DNA of 32,000 nt from Candidatus Peribacter riflensis (GTDB lineage Bacteria; Patescibacteriota; Gracilibacteria; Peribacterales; Peribacteraceae): NCBI GenBank assembly GCA_001430755.1, contig CP013062.1, positions 900,001 to 932,000 of the forward strand, given 5' to 3'. The notes beneath the pieces are model-generated. The model ran no database searches. It had not been told where the DNA came from and saw nothing but the letters and a program-made list of their open reading frames with translations. This document shows, piece after piece, positions 14,785-22,745 of the stretch (positions are counted from its first letter, which is position 1; each line of letters opens with the position of its first letter). The position numbers were made by a program, and so were the translations under genes.

Positions 14785-16491
14785 ATGCCCGAAGACCTTC
14801 CGATTCAACACAGACACCGCACTGCCCTTTTTCTGAACCGCGCACAGAACGCCGCGACCCGCGGGCCAGCCGTCACCGATCTCTCGGCGACACTCCTGCC
14901 AAGCGACATCTGCCTTGTCGAAACCACCTTTCGCATCACGCCACAGAAGAAGCCGGCTGCGCGCGCACCCCTTCCCCTGCGTTCCCGTGATCCCCAGAGC
15001 ATTCTGCAGTACATCGCCCGACGCGCGTGGGCGCACCCGCAAACGAAAAAATCCGTGCAGAACGTGGCGCCTGCCGCTGTGCAATCCCTCAAGCCGCCTG
15101 CCGCTCCCCCGTCGCTCCCCCGCACGTGGGTGCGGACCAGCATCGGCAAAGCAGAGACGAAACCCGCCACGCAGCCAGCCCGAAAGAAACCCGCCCCCCG
15201 ATCCTGGAAACGGCGCTGCGCCACTGGATGCACCATCGCGCTCCTCAGCGCCGTCACGCTGGAGGGCGGATCGTTCGCGGCCTACTGGGCACTCACCGGT
15301 AGCCCGCTCTCGTTTGGGCAGGCAGCCGAAGAGCAGCAACGTATAGCCGCCGAAGCCATGGTGACGGACCCCAACCTTCTCGCGAGCGGAGGGGATGGAA
15401 AATTATCACAGCTCATCGTCCATCCGTACATGGGCTACACGCGCAAGATCGACCACGTCAATAACGTCCCGGGGCAGGATTACCTCCTCGGCCTCAAGCC
15501 GCTCATCGCCGCCTCGCCCGGAACAGCGATCATCGGCATTTTCGGAGGTTCCGTCGCGGAACAATTCTCCCAGGCGGGGAGCGGCGTCCTGAAACACCTG
15601 CTCTCGCAGGATCCGCGCTTCGCCGGCAAAGACCTGGTGATCTTCACCGCGGCAATCGGCGGCTTCAAACAGCCGCAGCAACTCATGTCGCTCAACTACC
15701 TCCTCTCACTCGGCCAGCACTTCGATGCCATCGTCAACATCGACGGGTTCAATGAAGTTGCGGGGCCGTCCGTTTCAAACATCCCGAAGAATGTCTCACC
15801 TTACTACCCGAGCGGCTGGTACCACCTCGCGGGGCGGCTGCCCGATACGCGAGTGCTGGAACACATCGGTGCCGTGGCCTACAGCCGCAAGCGCCGCAAA
15901 GATGCCGCCAGCCTGATGCTCTCCTCCACGCCTCTCGGCCACAGCACAACGGCACAGTTCCTCTGGAAAGGATGGGACGGCATGCTCGCCTCCCGCGTGG
16001 CGGAATCTGAGCTGGCCCTGCTGGAGCAGCCGTCCGCCCAAGTGGATGACACGCTGCAGCGCGGTCTGCCCTACGACTACCGCGGCGACGAACAGCTGCT
16101 CGCCGATCTCGTGGAGCAGTGGAAGCGCAGCTCCCTCCTCATGCATGGGATTGCGAAGGCGGAGGGCATCCCCTACTTCCACTTCCTGCAACCCAATCAG
16201 TATGTTCCCGACACCAAGCTGTTCTCCGCCACCGAACGAAGGACCGCACTCAACGTCGAAAGCCCCTACCGTCGATGGGTCATGCAGGGGTATCCGATCC
16301 TCCGGGAAGCAGGAAAGGATCTGCAGAAACAGGGTGTGGATTTCCACGACCTGACCGGGCTCTATGCCCGGGTGCCCGAAACGATCTACAAGGACGATTG
16401 TTGCCACGTGAACACCCTGGGCAACGCCATCCTCGGCCAGATCGTCGTGGATGCCATCCTCGGTGATCGCAACCGTCTGGCACGTCTCTGA
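14785..16491 (+). CDS. Membrane-anchored SGNH/DltD-like putative esterase or acyltransferase with a basic, disordered N-terminus
   Basis: About 150 aa rich in Pro/Ala/Lys/Arg, one TM segment (CTIALLSAVTL), then a large domain ending in DDCCHVNTLGNAILG, which resembles SGNH block V (DxxH). ATG at 14785 is chosen because the promoter overlaps the GTG at 14755. Confidence 0.6.
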   Translation: MPEDLPIQHRHRTALFLNRAQNAATRGPAVTDLSATLLPSDICLVETTFRITPQKKPAARAPLPLRSRDPQSILQYIARRAWAHPQTKKSVQNVAPAAVQSLKPPAAPPSLPRTWVRTSIGKAETKPATQPARKKPAPRSWKRRCATGCTIALLSAVTLEGGSFAAYWALTGSPLSFGQAAEEQQRIAAEAMVTDPNLLASGGDGKLSQLIVHPYMGYTRKIDHVNNVPGQDYLLGLKPLIAASPGTAIIGIFGGSVAEQFSQAGSGVLKHLLSQDPRFAGKDLVIFTAAIGGFKQPQQLMSLNYLLSLGQHFDAIVNIDGFNEVAGPSVSNIPKNVSPYYPSGWYHLAGRLPDTRVLEHIGAVAYSRKRRKDAASLMLSSTPLGHSTTAQFLWKGWDGMLASRVAESELALLEQPSAQVDDTLQRGLPYDYRGDEQLLADLVEQWKRSSLLMHGIAKAEGIPYFHFLQPNQYVPDTKLFSATERRTALNVESPYRRWVMQGYPILREAGKDLQKQGVDFHDLTGLYARVPETIYKDDCCHVNTLGNAILGQIVVDAILGDRNRLARL

Positions 16492-16527
16492 AAAAGTCAC
16501 TCGTGCCGCATCTGCTAGACTGACGGC

Positions 16528-16686
16528 ATGTCGAAATTTTCGATTTTCGCGGAACTGTGGCATTTCATGCGCGCGCGCAAGAAGTGGTGGCTCTTTCCGA
16601 TGCTCCTCCTGTTGCTCCTCCTGGGCCTGTTGCTCGTCTTCGCACAGACATCACCGCTCGCCCCCTTCCTCTACACGATCATCTGA
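16528..16686 (+). CDS. DUF5989 / SxtK-like small membrane protein (52 aa); absent from the ORF track because it is under 60 aa
   Basis: MSKFSIFAELWHFMRARKKWWLFPMLLLLLLLGLLLVFAQTSPLAPFLYTII matches my recollection of the DUF5989 pattern (ELW.F.R.RKK.WL.P....L.L...L.......APFIYT.F). Confidence 0.7.
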   Translation: MSKFSIFAELWHFMRARKKWWLFPMLLLLLLLGLLLVFAQTSPLAPFLYTII

Positions 16687-16696
16687 TCGCCGTCTC

Positions 16697-16927
16697 ATGA
16701 CGATCCCCCGCCCCCTCGCATGGCTCTGGGAAGGCTGGAAACGTGTGAGTCATGCGATCGGACTCGCGGTGAGTGTCGTCGTACTCGCGCTGTTCTGGCT
16801 CGTCGTCATCGGATGCTATGCCATCGTCTTTCGGATCATCCGCCTCTTTCAGAAAACTGAAACGCCCGCATCCTACTGGAGGGATCTCGCGCCCGAGAAC
16901 AGTGAGAGTCTTCTGCATCCGTTCTGA
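16697..16927 (+). CDS. SxtJ-like small membrane protein (resembles the C-terminal half of the family)
   Basis: MTIPRPLAWLWEGWKRVSHAIGLAVSVVVLALFWLVVIG...ASYWRDL...F. The stop overlaps the carbamoyltransferase ATG (TGATG). Confidence 0.5.
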   Translation: MTIPRPLAWLWEGWKRVSHAIGLAVSVVVLALFWLVVIGCYAIVFRIIRLFQKTETPASYWRDLAPENSESLLHPF

Positions 16928-18720
16928 TGGCAAAGCCCATCTTCATCCTCGGCATTTCCTGTTACTACCATGACAGCGCGGCCGTCCTTTTGAAGGACGG
17001 GGCAGTGATCTTCGCTGCGCAGGAGGAGCGCTTCACAAGAAAAAAGCACGACGAGGGCTTCCCGCAGAACGCGATTGCCGCCGCATTGCACTCCGCCGGC
17101 ATCACTGCACAGGATCTCTCGGCAGTCGTCTTCTACGAAAAGCCGCTCCTCAAATTTTTCGACCGGATCATTCCCTGTGCCATCGATGTCTGGCCGCGCG
17201 GCCACGGAACCTTTCAGCGTGCCGCGCACGAGTGGCTGACGAAGAAACTCTGGATCCCGCAGCTCATCCGGAAAGAGCTGAACTACGCAGGACCGCTCTT
17301 CTTCACCCGGCATCACGAGGCGCACGCCGCCTCCGCCTTCTACCCCTCAGGGTTCCCCGATGCCGCCATCGTCACGGTGGACGGCGTGGGCGAGTGGGCA
17401 ACGGCGACCATCGGCTACGGCCGGGGCACGGATCTCACACTCCGGCAGGAAATCCGCTACCCACATTCTCTGGGGCTGCTCTACTCGGCCCTCACCTACT
17501 ACCTGGGATTTAAGGTGAACAGCGCCGAGTACAAGGTGATGGGATTGGCCCCGTACGGAGAGCCGAAATACATGGACCGGATGTGGAAGCTCATCGATCT
17601 CAAGAAAGACGGAAGCTTCGCGCTCAACCGCACATACTTCACCTACGAGTACGGCAATACGATGACCGGCAGGGCATTGGAAAAGTTGTTCGGGCAACCC
17701 ACGCGCAAGCCGGAAAGTCCCCTCACACAATTCCACAAAGACATCGCGCGCTCGCTGCAGGAGGTGACGAACGCAGTGATGCTCCGCATCGTCCGGCACG
17801 CCCAAGAGCTCTGCCCGAGCGAGAACCTGTGTCTGGCCGGTGGCGTTGCTTTAAACTGCGTAGCCAACGGCCTCATCCTGCGCTCCGGCATCTTCAAAAA
17901 CATCTTCATCCAGCCGGCTGCCGGGGACGCCGGCGGTGCGCTGGGTGCGGCACTGTTCGTGTGGCACCAACACTTCAGAGGAGCGCGGAGCGAACGGATG
18001 GAACATGTCTTCCTGGGTACGGAATACAGCAACGAGAACATCGCCTCATTCTTGCGATCCAGAGGCCTTCCCTCGGAACAACTGGATGACACGGCGCTCA
18101 TCGAACGCGTGGCGTCACTCCTGGAGGGGGAAAATGCCATCGGCTGGTTTCAGGGGAGAATGGAGTTCGGCCCCCGTGCGCTCGGCAACCGCTCGATCAT
18201 CGCCGACGCACGCAATAAGGAGAACTGGAAGAAGGTGAACCTGAAGATCAAATTCCGCGAGTCGTTCCGGCCCTTCGCCCCGACCGTACCCGTCGAGCGC
18301 GTAAGCGATTACTTCACACTCGACCAGCCTCCGCCCTTCGGGCTACGGCCGGCAAGTCGCGAGAGCCCATTTATGCTCCTCGTTGCCGATACGCGGACCG
18401 AGAAACGCAGCGAGATTCCCGCCGTGACACATGTGGATGGATCGGCGCGCATCCAGACGATCAGCAGAAAACAGAATGCGCGTTACTACGATCTCATCAA
18501 GGCATTCGAGCGACACACCGGCTGCCCTGTGATCATCAACACCTCCTTCAACGTGCGCGGCGAGCCGATCGTGGAATCGCCGGAAGACGCGGTGAACTGT
18601 TTTCTCAAAACACACATGGAGTATCTGGTGCTCGGCAATCACCTCCTGACGAAGACGCAGATGCCCGCTGCGCTGCTCGGAGGGACAGAGGAGTACATGC
18701 AGCGGTTTGTATTGGACTAG
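16927..18720 (+). CDS. Carbamoyltransferase (NodU/CmcH/SxtI family)
   Basis: ILGISCYYHDSAAVLLKDGAVIFAAQEERFTRKKHD, HHEAHAASAFYPSGF, LAGGVALNCVANG, EFGPRALGNRSI and PAVTHVDGSARIQT. Confidence 0.9.
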   Translation: MAKPIFILGISCYYHDSAAVLLKDGAVIFAAQEERFTRKKHDEGFPQNAIAAALHSAGITAQDLSAVVFYEKPLLKFFDRIIPCAIDVWPRGHGTFQRAAHEWLTKKLWIPQLIRKELNYAGPLFFTRHHEAHAASAFYPSGFPDAAIVTVDGVGEWATATIGYGRGTDLTLRQEIRYPHSLGLLYSALTYYLGFKVNSAEYKVMGLAPYGEPKYMDRMWKLIDLKKDGSFALNRTYFTYEYGNTMTGRALEKLFGQPTRKPESPLTQFHKDIARSLQEVTNAVMLRIVRHAQELCPSENLCLAGGVALNCVANGLILRSGIFKNIFIQPAAGDAGGALGAALFVWHQHFRGARSERMEHVFLGTEYSNENIASFLRSRGLPSEQLDDTALIERVASLLEGENAIGWFQGRMEFGPRALGNRSIIADARNKENWKKVNLKIKFRESFRPFAPTVPVERVSDYFTLDQPPPFGLRPASRESPFMLLVADTRTEKRSEIPAVTHVDGSARIQTISRKQNARYYDLIKAFERHTGCPVIINTSFNVRGEPIVESPEDAVNCFLKTHMEYLVLGNHLLTKTQMPAALLGGTEEYMQRFVLD

Positions 18721-18773
18721 AATGATGTGAACCGGAACCGACAATTGACAGCCAAAAAACCATACAGCCGTTG

Positions 18774-18920
18774 ATGGAGAAGCCCCTTCCAGATGACCCT
18801 ATTGGGAGGCCTGACGCAAAGTACGATTGGGCCCCCAGAGCCTTGATTTTCGGCATAAAAAGGGTAACCTGTACAAGTTTGGAATATGTGTCCTTGTGGA
18901 CTAAAACGGACGTGGTTTGA
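18774..18920 (+). CDS. Speculative 48-codon ORF (possible precursor peptide) upstream of the ATP-grasp gene
   Basis: MEKPLPDDPIGRPDAKYDWAPRALIFGIKRVTCTSLEYVSLWTKTDVV. Its TGA (18918-18920) overlaps the TTG (18917-18919) that opens the ATP-grasp ORF. No SD sequence or clear promoter, and the region has lower GC than its surroundings. Confidence 0.2.
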   Translation: MEKPLPDDPIGRPDAKYDWAPRALIFGIKRVTCTSLEYVSLWTKTDVV

Positions 18921-20350
18921 ACAGGACGCGTGCACCTTCCCCCACCTGCATGGAGCCTCCCCTGGCTGGCCCCCCGAAGCGCACAGCGCGAAGGTGGGCA
19001 CCATCCCTCTCCTCTCTCGTTCGCGTCTCCACCATCGCCCCTGCAGCCCGATTCCCGGCGCTCACGGATGTAAGCTTGTCGAGCTTTTTTCCTGTCGGAA
19101 CCCAGTATTTCTACGGCTATCCGTCCGGTGAGCACTCGGGGTTCTTCAACGCCGTGCCGCCGTTCATCGAAGAGATCGTCGCAGCACGTGCGCTCTCGTG
19201 CGCCGGAGCGTGGGTGACTCCCGTCGTCTTCGCCTCAAGTATCGACCCGCTGACGCAGGAAATCCTGCGGGAGGATCTCGGTATGGCGCCGGCACGCCGG
19301 CAGCCGATCGTTCTGCCAAGTACGATCAATGAAACTCTCTCCGGCCCTCAGCGTAACCGCTCCATCGTGCGCGCCCTCTCGGGCATCCTCGCGCCGAAGA
19401 AATTCGTCATGGCCCAGCCCTACATGGACACATGTCTGCAGACGCGCTTCGCCCTGCCCCCCGCCCTCACGTTGTGGCTCAATGATAAGGTGAATATGCC
19501 GCGCTACGTCCCGCCTGCATTCCTGCCCGAACGCTACGCGGAATGCGCCAACGGCCGCGCATTCGCCGCTTCTCCCTCCACGTTCCCCACTCCCTGTGTC
19601 GTGAAGGTCTCCTCTTCGAGCTCGGGCGACGGGGTGCGTATCTGTCGCACTGAAGAAGAATTGAGGAATGCGCAGAGGGAATTTGCGAAGGTGAAGACAG
19701 GAATCATCGTCGATGAGCACGTCGAAGCCGTGCGGAATTTCGGCATTCAATTCGGCATTCCTTCAGATCCCGCGCAGGAGATCGAGCTCATCGGCGTGAG
19801 TGAACAGCTCACCACGCCCGAAGGCGCCTTCATTGGAGGACTGGTGGACCCCGATAACCTCTTCGCACGGATTGATGGAGTCAATGACTTGTTGCTCCAC
19901 CACGTTCTCCCGGCCGTGCGCGAGATGGGATGGTACGGCATAGGAGGTTTCGACGTGCTCGTAGACAGCCGGAACCGCTTCTTCATCGTCGACCCGAATT
20001 TCCGCATGACAGGCATGACCGCGTTCCTCTGCACCGCCCGCAACGGGACAGTGCGCAAGTGCATGGCGAGCTTCGTCGGAACATTCGAGGGAAACCGCAC
20101 GGATTTCGTGCGGGCAATCGCCCCCCTAGCCCGGCCGGGTGCCCGTCAGCGTCTGCACATTGTCGCACTCACGCACCGCAATGGCACTTTCCGCATGAGC
20201 GCGGCTCTGCTCTTCGGCCGGGATGAGGAACACGAGGTGCCCCGCCTCGCCGGGGAATTTCTCGCACTCGGCCTCCAGTCGCGCGCTCTCGAGAGGCTCA
20301 AGCGCAACGGGCGCGAACACTATCCGGATCTGCCCGGGGCTTCGGTGTGA
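18917..20350 (+). CDS. ATP-grasp fold ligase; start uncertain (TTG 18917, ATG 18950, or a TTG near 19075)
   Basis: PCVVKVSSSSSGDGVRIC, IIVDEHVE and GIGGFDVLVDSRNRFFIVDPNFRMTG are ATP-grasp core motifs. The first ~50 residues are Pro/Arg/Ser-rich and may not be translated. Confidence 0.7.
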   Translation: MNRTRAPSPTCMEPPLAGPPKRTARRWAPSLSSLVRVSTIAPAARFPALTDVSLSSFFPVGTQYFYGYPSGEHSGFFNAVPPFIEEIVAARALSCAGAWVTPVVFASSIDPLTQEILREDLGMAPARRQPIVLPSTINETLSGPQRNRSIVRALSGILAPKKFVMAQPYMDTCLQTRFALPPALTLWLNDKVNMPRYVPPAFLPERYAECANGRAFAASPSTFPTPCVVKVSSSSSGDGVRICRTEEELRNAQREFAKVKTGIIVDEHVEAVRNFGIQFGIPSDPAQEIELIGVSEQLTTPEGAFIGGLVDPDNLFARIDGVNDLLLHHVLPAVREMGWYGIGGFDVLVDSRNRFFIVDPNFRMTGMTAFLCTARNGTVRKCMASFVGTFEGNRTDFVRAIAPLARPGARQRLHIVALTHRNGTFRMSAALLFGRDEEHEVPRLAGEFLALGLQSRALERLKRNGREHYPDLPGASV

Positions 20351-20517
20351 GAAGATACAACACATGTGTGCGGCTCTGCGCCCGGATCTTCACAAACATG
20401 TGGCATACAGAGCAGGACGTGGCGCACTGAAGACCCAAGAGGCCTACAATTTGGTCCTTTGCTTCTCTATGCCCTTTCCGACCGCCGCGCCCGGCAAAAG
20501 ACGGAAAGGTTTGCGAC

Positions 20518-20961
20518 ATGCGATACACTTCTCCCATGAACTTCCCCATCGAACTCCCGCCGCAAACGCTCGCCCTCGCCGTGGAATTGAAAATTCTGCC
20601 GGAGGATATTGACGAATTCTTCACGCGCGGAGGCGGACCCGGCGGCCAGAAGATCAACAAGACCGCGAGTTGCGTCGAACTCACCCACCGCCCCACGGGA
20701 ACCGTCGTCCGCGTGCAGCGCTTTCGGGAGCAGCACTTGAATCGCATCGCGGCCTACAAATTGCTCATCGAGAAACTGGAGGAGCACATCAAAGGGGCCG
20801 CCTCAAAGCGGCAGCAAGAGATCTTCAAGCTCCGCAAGCAGAAGCAGCGCCGCTCACGGCGATCCAAAGAGAAGATGCTGAAGCAGAAACATCACCGCAG
20901 CAGCGTCAAAGAGCAGCGTCAAAATGCCCTGCACCGGTCACTCGAGGAGCTGGGGCACTAA
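20518..20961 (+). CDS. arfB: ArfB-like peptidyl-tRNA hydrolase (RF-1 domain with GGQ plus a basic C-terminal tail)
   Basis: GGGPGGQKINKTASCVELTHRPTGTVV followed by a Lys/Arg-rich tail (KLRKQKQRRSRRSKEKMLKQKHHR). GGAAAGG lies 8 nt upstream of the ATG. Confidence 0.75.
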   Translation: MRYTSPMNFPIELPPQTLALAVELKILPEDIDEFFTRGGGPGGQKINKTASCVELTHRPTGTVVRVQRFREQHLNRIAAYKLLIEKLEEHIKGAASKRQQEIFKLRKQKQRRSRRSKEKMLKQKHHRSSVKEQRQNALHRSLEELGH

Positions 20962-21167
20962 ACGGCCTTCCCTGCCTGCAGTCTCTTCGCCAGCGTGCGC
21001 AGGTAACTCGCGGCAATCTTGATCGTGCGGTAATGACCCGTAGCGGGGTCGTACACGCGCTTCTTTTGGATGTTCGCCTTGAACGTTCGACGGGTGTGCC
21101 GCATGGAGTGGCTTCGGGTGTTCCCGAAGGTCGTCTGCTTGCCGGTTTTGACGCACCGTCGTGCCAT
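20958..21167 (-). CDS. rpmB: 50S ribosomal protein L28
   Basis: MARRCVKTGKQTTFGNTRSHSMRHTRRTFKANIQKKRVY. Its stop codon overlaps the stop of the convergent arfB-like gene (CTAA). Confidence 0.9.
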   Translation of the reverse strand: MARRCVKTGKQTTFGNTRSHSMRHTRRTFKANIQKKRVYDPATGHYRTIKIAASYLRTLAKRLQAGKAV

Positions 21168-21239
21168 TGCCGGCAAAGAGTACTGAAAGATGACAGCAGG
21201 CGCAAATGCTTTCCTCCTCTTTTCCGCTAGACTGGCCGC

Positions 21240-21923
21240 ATGCTCTCAAGCTTTTTAAGTCCGCCGTTTCTGATCTCCATCCTCATTGCCATTTCGGTGC
21301 ACGAAGCAGCCCATGGCTGGATGGCCGCCCGTCTGGGTGATCCCACGGCACACAATGCGGGGCGCCTCACGCTGAACCCCATTGCGCACATCGATCCGAT
21401 GGGCGCACTCATGTTCCTCATGGTGGGATTCGGCTGGGCGAAGCCAGTCCCCGTGAACCCTCTCTACTTCCACCGCCCCAAACGGGATACGGCGTTGGTC
21501 TCGCTTGCGGGACCCGTGAGCAATCTGCTCCTCGGCAGTCTCGCGTTCTTTGGGTTGGTCCTGATCCTTCGCGGCGAGATCGGAGGATCGGCCTTCGGCC
21601 TCCTGACCGTGGGTGCAAATAGGTCGGTGCTCGAACAACTGCTCCTGCAGATCCTCGGCAGCTCCGTCTTCATCAATTTGGGCCTTATGGCGTTCAACCT
21701 GCTGCCCATCGCACCGCTCGATGGATCGAAGGTCCTGCACATCTTCATCCCACTCCAGTATGAAGATCAGTACGAAACCTTCATGCAGCGGGGTCCCATG
21801 ATCCTGCTCTTCCTCATCCTCGCAGGCGTGTTCCTGAATGTCCCGCTGCTCTCGGGATGGGTGTTCGGCATCGTGAATGCGACCCTCAGGACGCTCCTCT
21901 TTCTCGCATCACCACTGCTCTAG
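21240..21923 (+). CDS. Site-2 protease family (M50) membrane metalloprotease
   Basis: HEAAH zinc motif, RLTLNPIAHIDPMG and NLLPIAPLDGSKV. Confidence 0.85.
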   Translation: MLSSFLSPPFLISILIAISVHEAAHGWMAARLGDPTAHNAGRLTLNPIAHIDPMGALMFLMVGFGWAKPVPVNPLYFHRPKRDTALVSLAGPVSNLLLGSLAFFGLVLILRGEIGGSAFGLLTVGANRSVLEQLLLQILGSSVFINLGLMAFNLLPIAPLDGSKVLHIFIPLQYEDQYETFMQRGPMILLFLILAGVFLNVPLLSGWVFGIVNATLRTLLFLASPLL

Positions 21924-22745
21924 CATCCAAGGCCGGGGATCTAAGGGCAGAGAAGCCGGACGCATCCGGGGAGCGATAGTTCCCGTCCGGCGCTTCAGGA
22001 GTGCGAGCACGCTCACGCCCTGACGGTACGGGCGGCCTCTTTTTTCCCATGCCCGCACGATGCGCCGTGCCTCACCGCCAAAAATCCATCGGAGGAGTGC
22101 ATTGACGGGAGCGGATGGGAGCGAGAGATCGGTTTGCCCGGGCCCGAGAGAGCGGCCGCGCAATCGGCTGAAGAGGCGCGAGAGTTTCGCGATGGGGTGC
22201 AAACGCGCGTTGAGAGCGGAGCACACGCATTCCTCCACCGAAAGACCCTCCCAGAGCATGCGAAAGCGCGGCAGGCTGTAGCGGCGCTCATGCTCGAAAC
22301 CCCGATCGTGCGGTCCCCAGAGCTCAGGATCACCGGGCGCCATCATGAGCAGGTAGGCACCGGGCTTCATGGCCGCAAGGAGCTGCGAGACTAAGGAAAA
22401 ATCATCCTGCACATGCTCCAGCACATCGAGAAAGAGCACGGCATCCGCGCGCTCCAGAAGGTCGCGGCAATCCTGCGGGGCGTATCCGTGACGGAATTCG
22501 ATGCCGGGAAAGCGCTGCCGGGCGAACGATACGGCATCGAGAGAAGGATCAATACCCACGCACGTGTACAGACGGTTGAATGCAGCCGTGTTCCCTCCTG
22601 TTCCGCACCCGACATCCAGAATGAGGCGCTCGCGGAAAGGCGGCAGCACCCGCGTGAGGAGAGCGCGAAAAATATCGCGGCGCCCCAGAAACCACCAGTG
22701 ACGCTCCTCGAGATCGGCATGAACCTGGAACTGCGGCAACTGCAT
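21909..22745 (-). CDS. Class I SAM-dependent methyltransferase
   Basis: ERHWWF, ILDVGCGTGGN (motif I) and VLFLDVLEHVQDD. ATG at 22745 overlaps the GT4 stop codon (TGATG). Confidence 0.8.
   Translation of the reverse strand: MQLPQFQVHADLEERHWWFLGRRDIFRALLTRVLPPFRERLILDVGCGTGGNTAAFNRLYTCVGIDPSLDAVSFARQRFPGIEFRHGYAPQDCRDLLERADAVLFLDVLEHVQDDFSLVSQLLAAMKPGAYLLMMAPGDPELWGPHDRGFEHERRYSLPRFRMLWEGLSVEECVCSALNARLHPIAKLSRLFSRLRGRSLGPGQTDLSLPSAPVNALLRWIFGGEARRIVRAWEKRGRPYRQGVSVLALLKRRTGTIAPRMRPASLPLDPRPWMLEQW

Noticed and set aside
13269-14786. 505-aa version of the permease ORF
   Set aside because: The N-terminal 98 residues are the reverse-strand translation of the tRNA-Ser gene and the promoter region (the ERDSNPRDP stretch is the T-arm). 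ATG at 14492 gives a normal APC permease N-terminus.
20360-20401. Palindrome ACACATGTGT and a second ACATGT core 34 bp downstream, upstream of the arfB-like gene, as an operator pair
   Set aside because: The motifs are too short to distinguish from chance without comparative data, and no regulator gene is adjacent.
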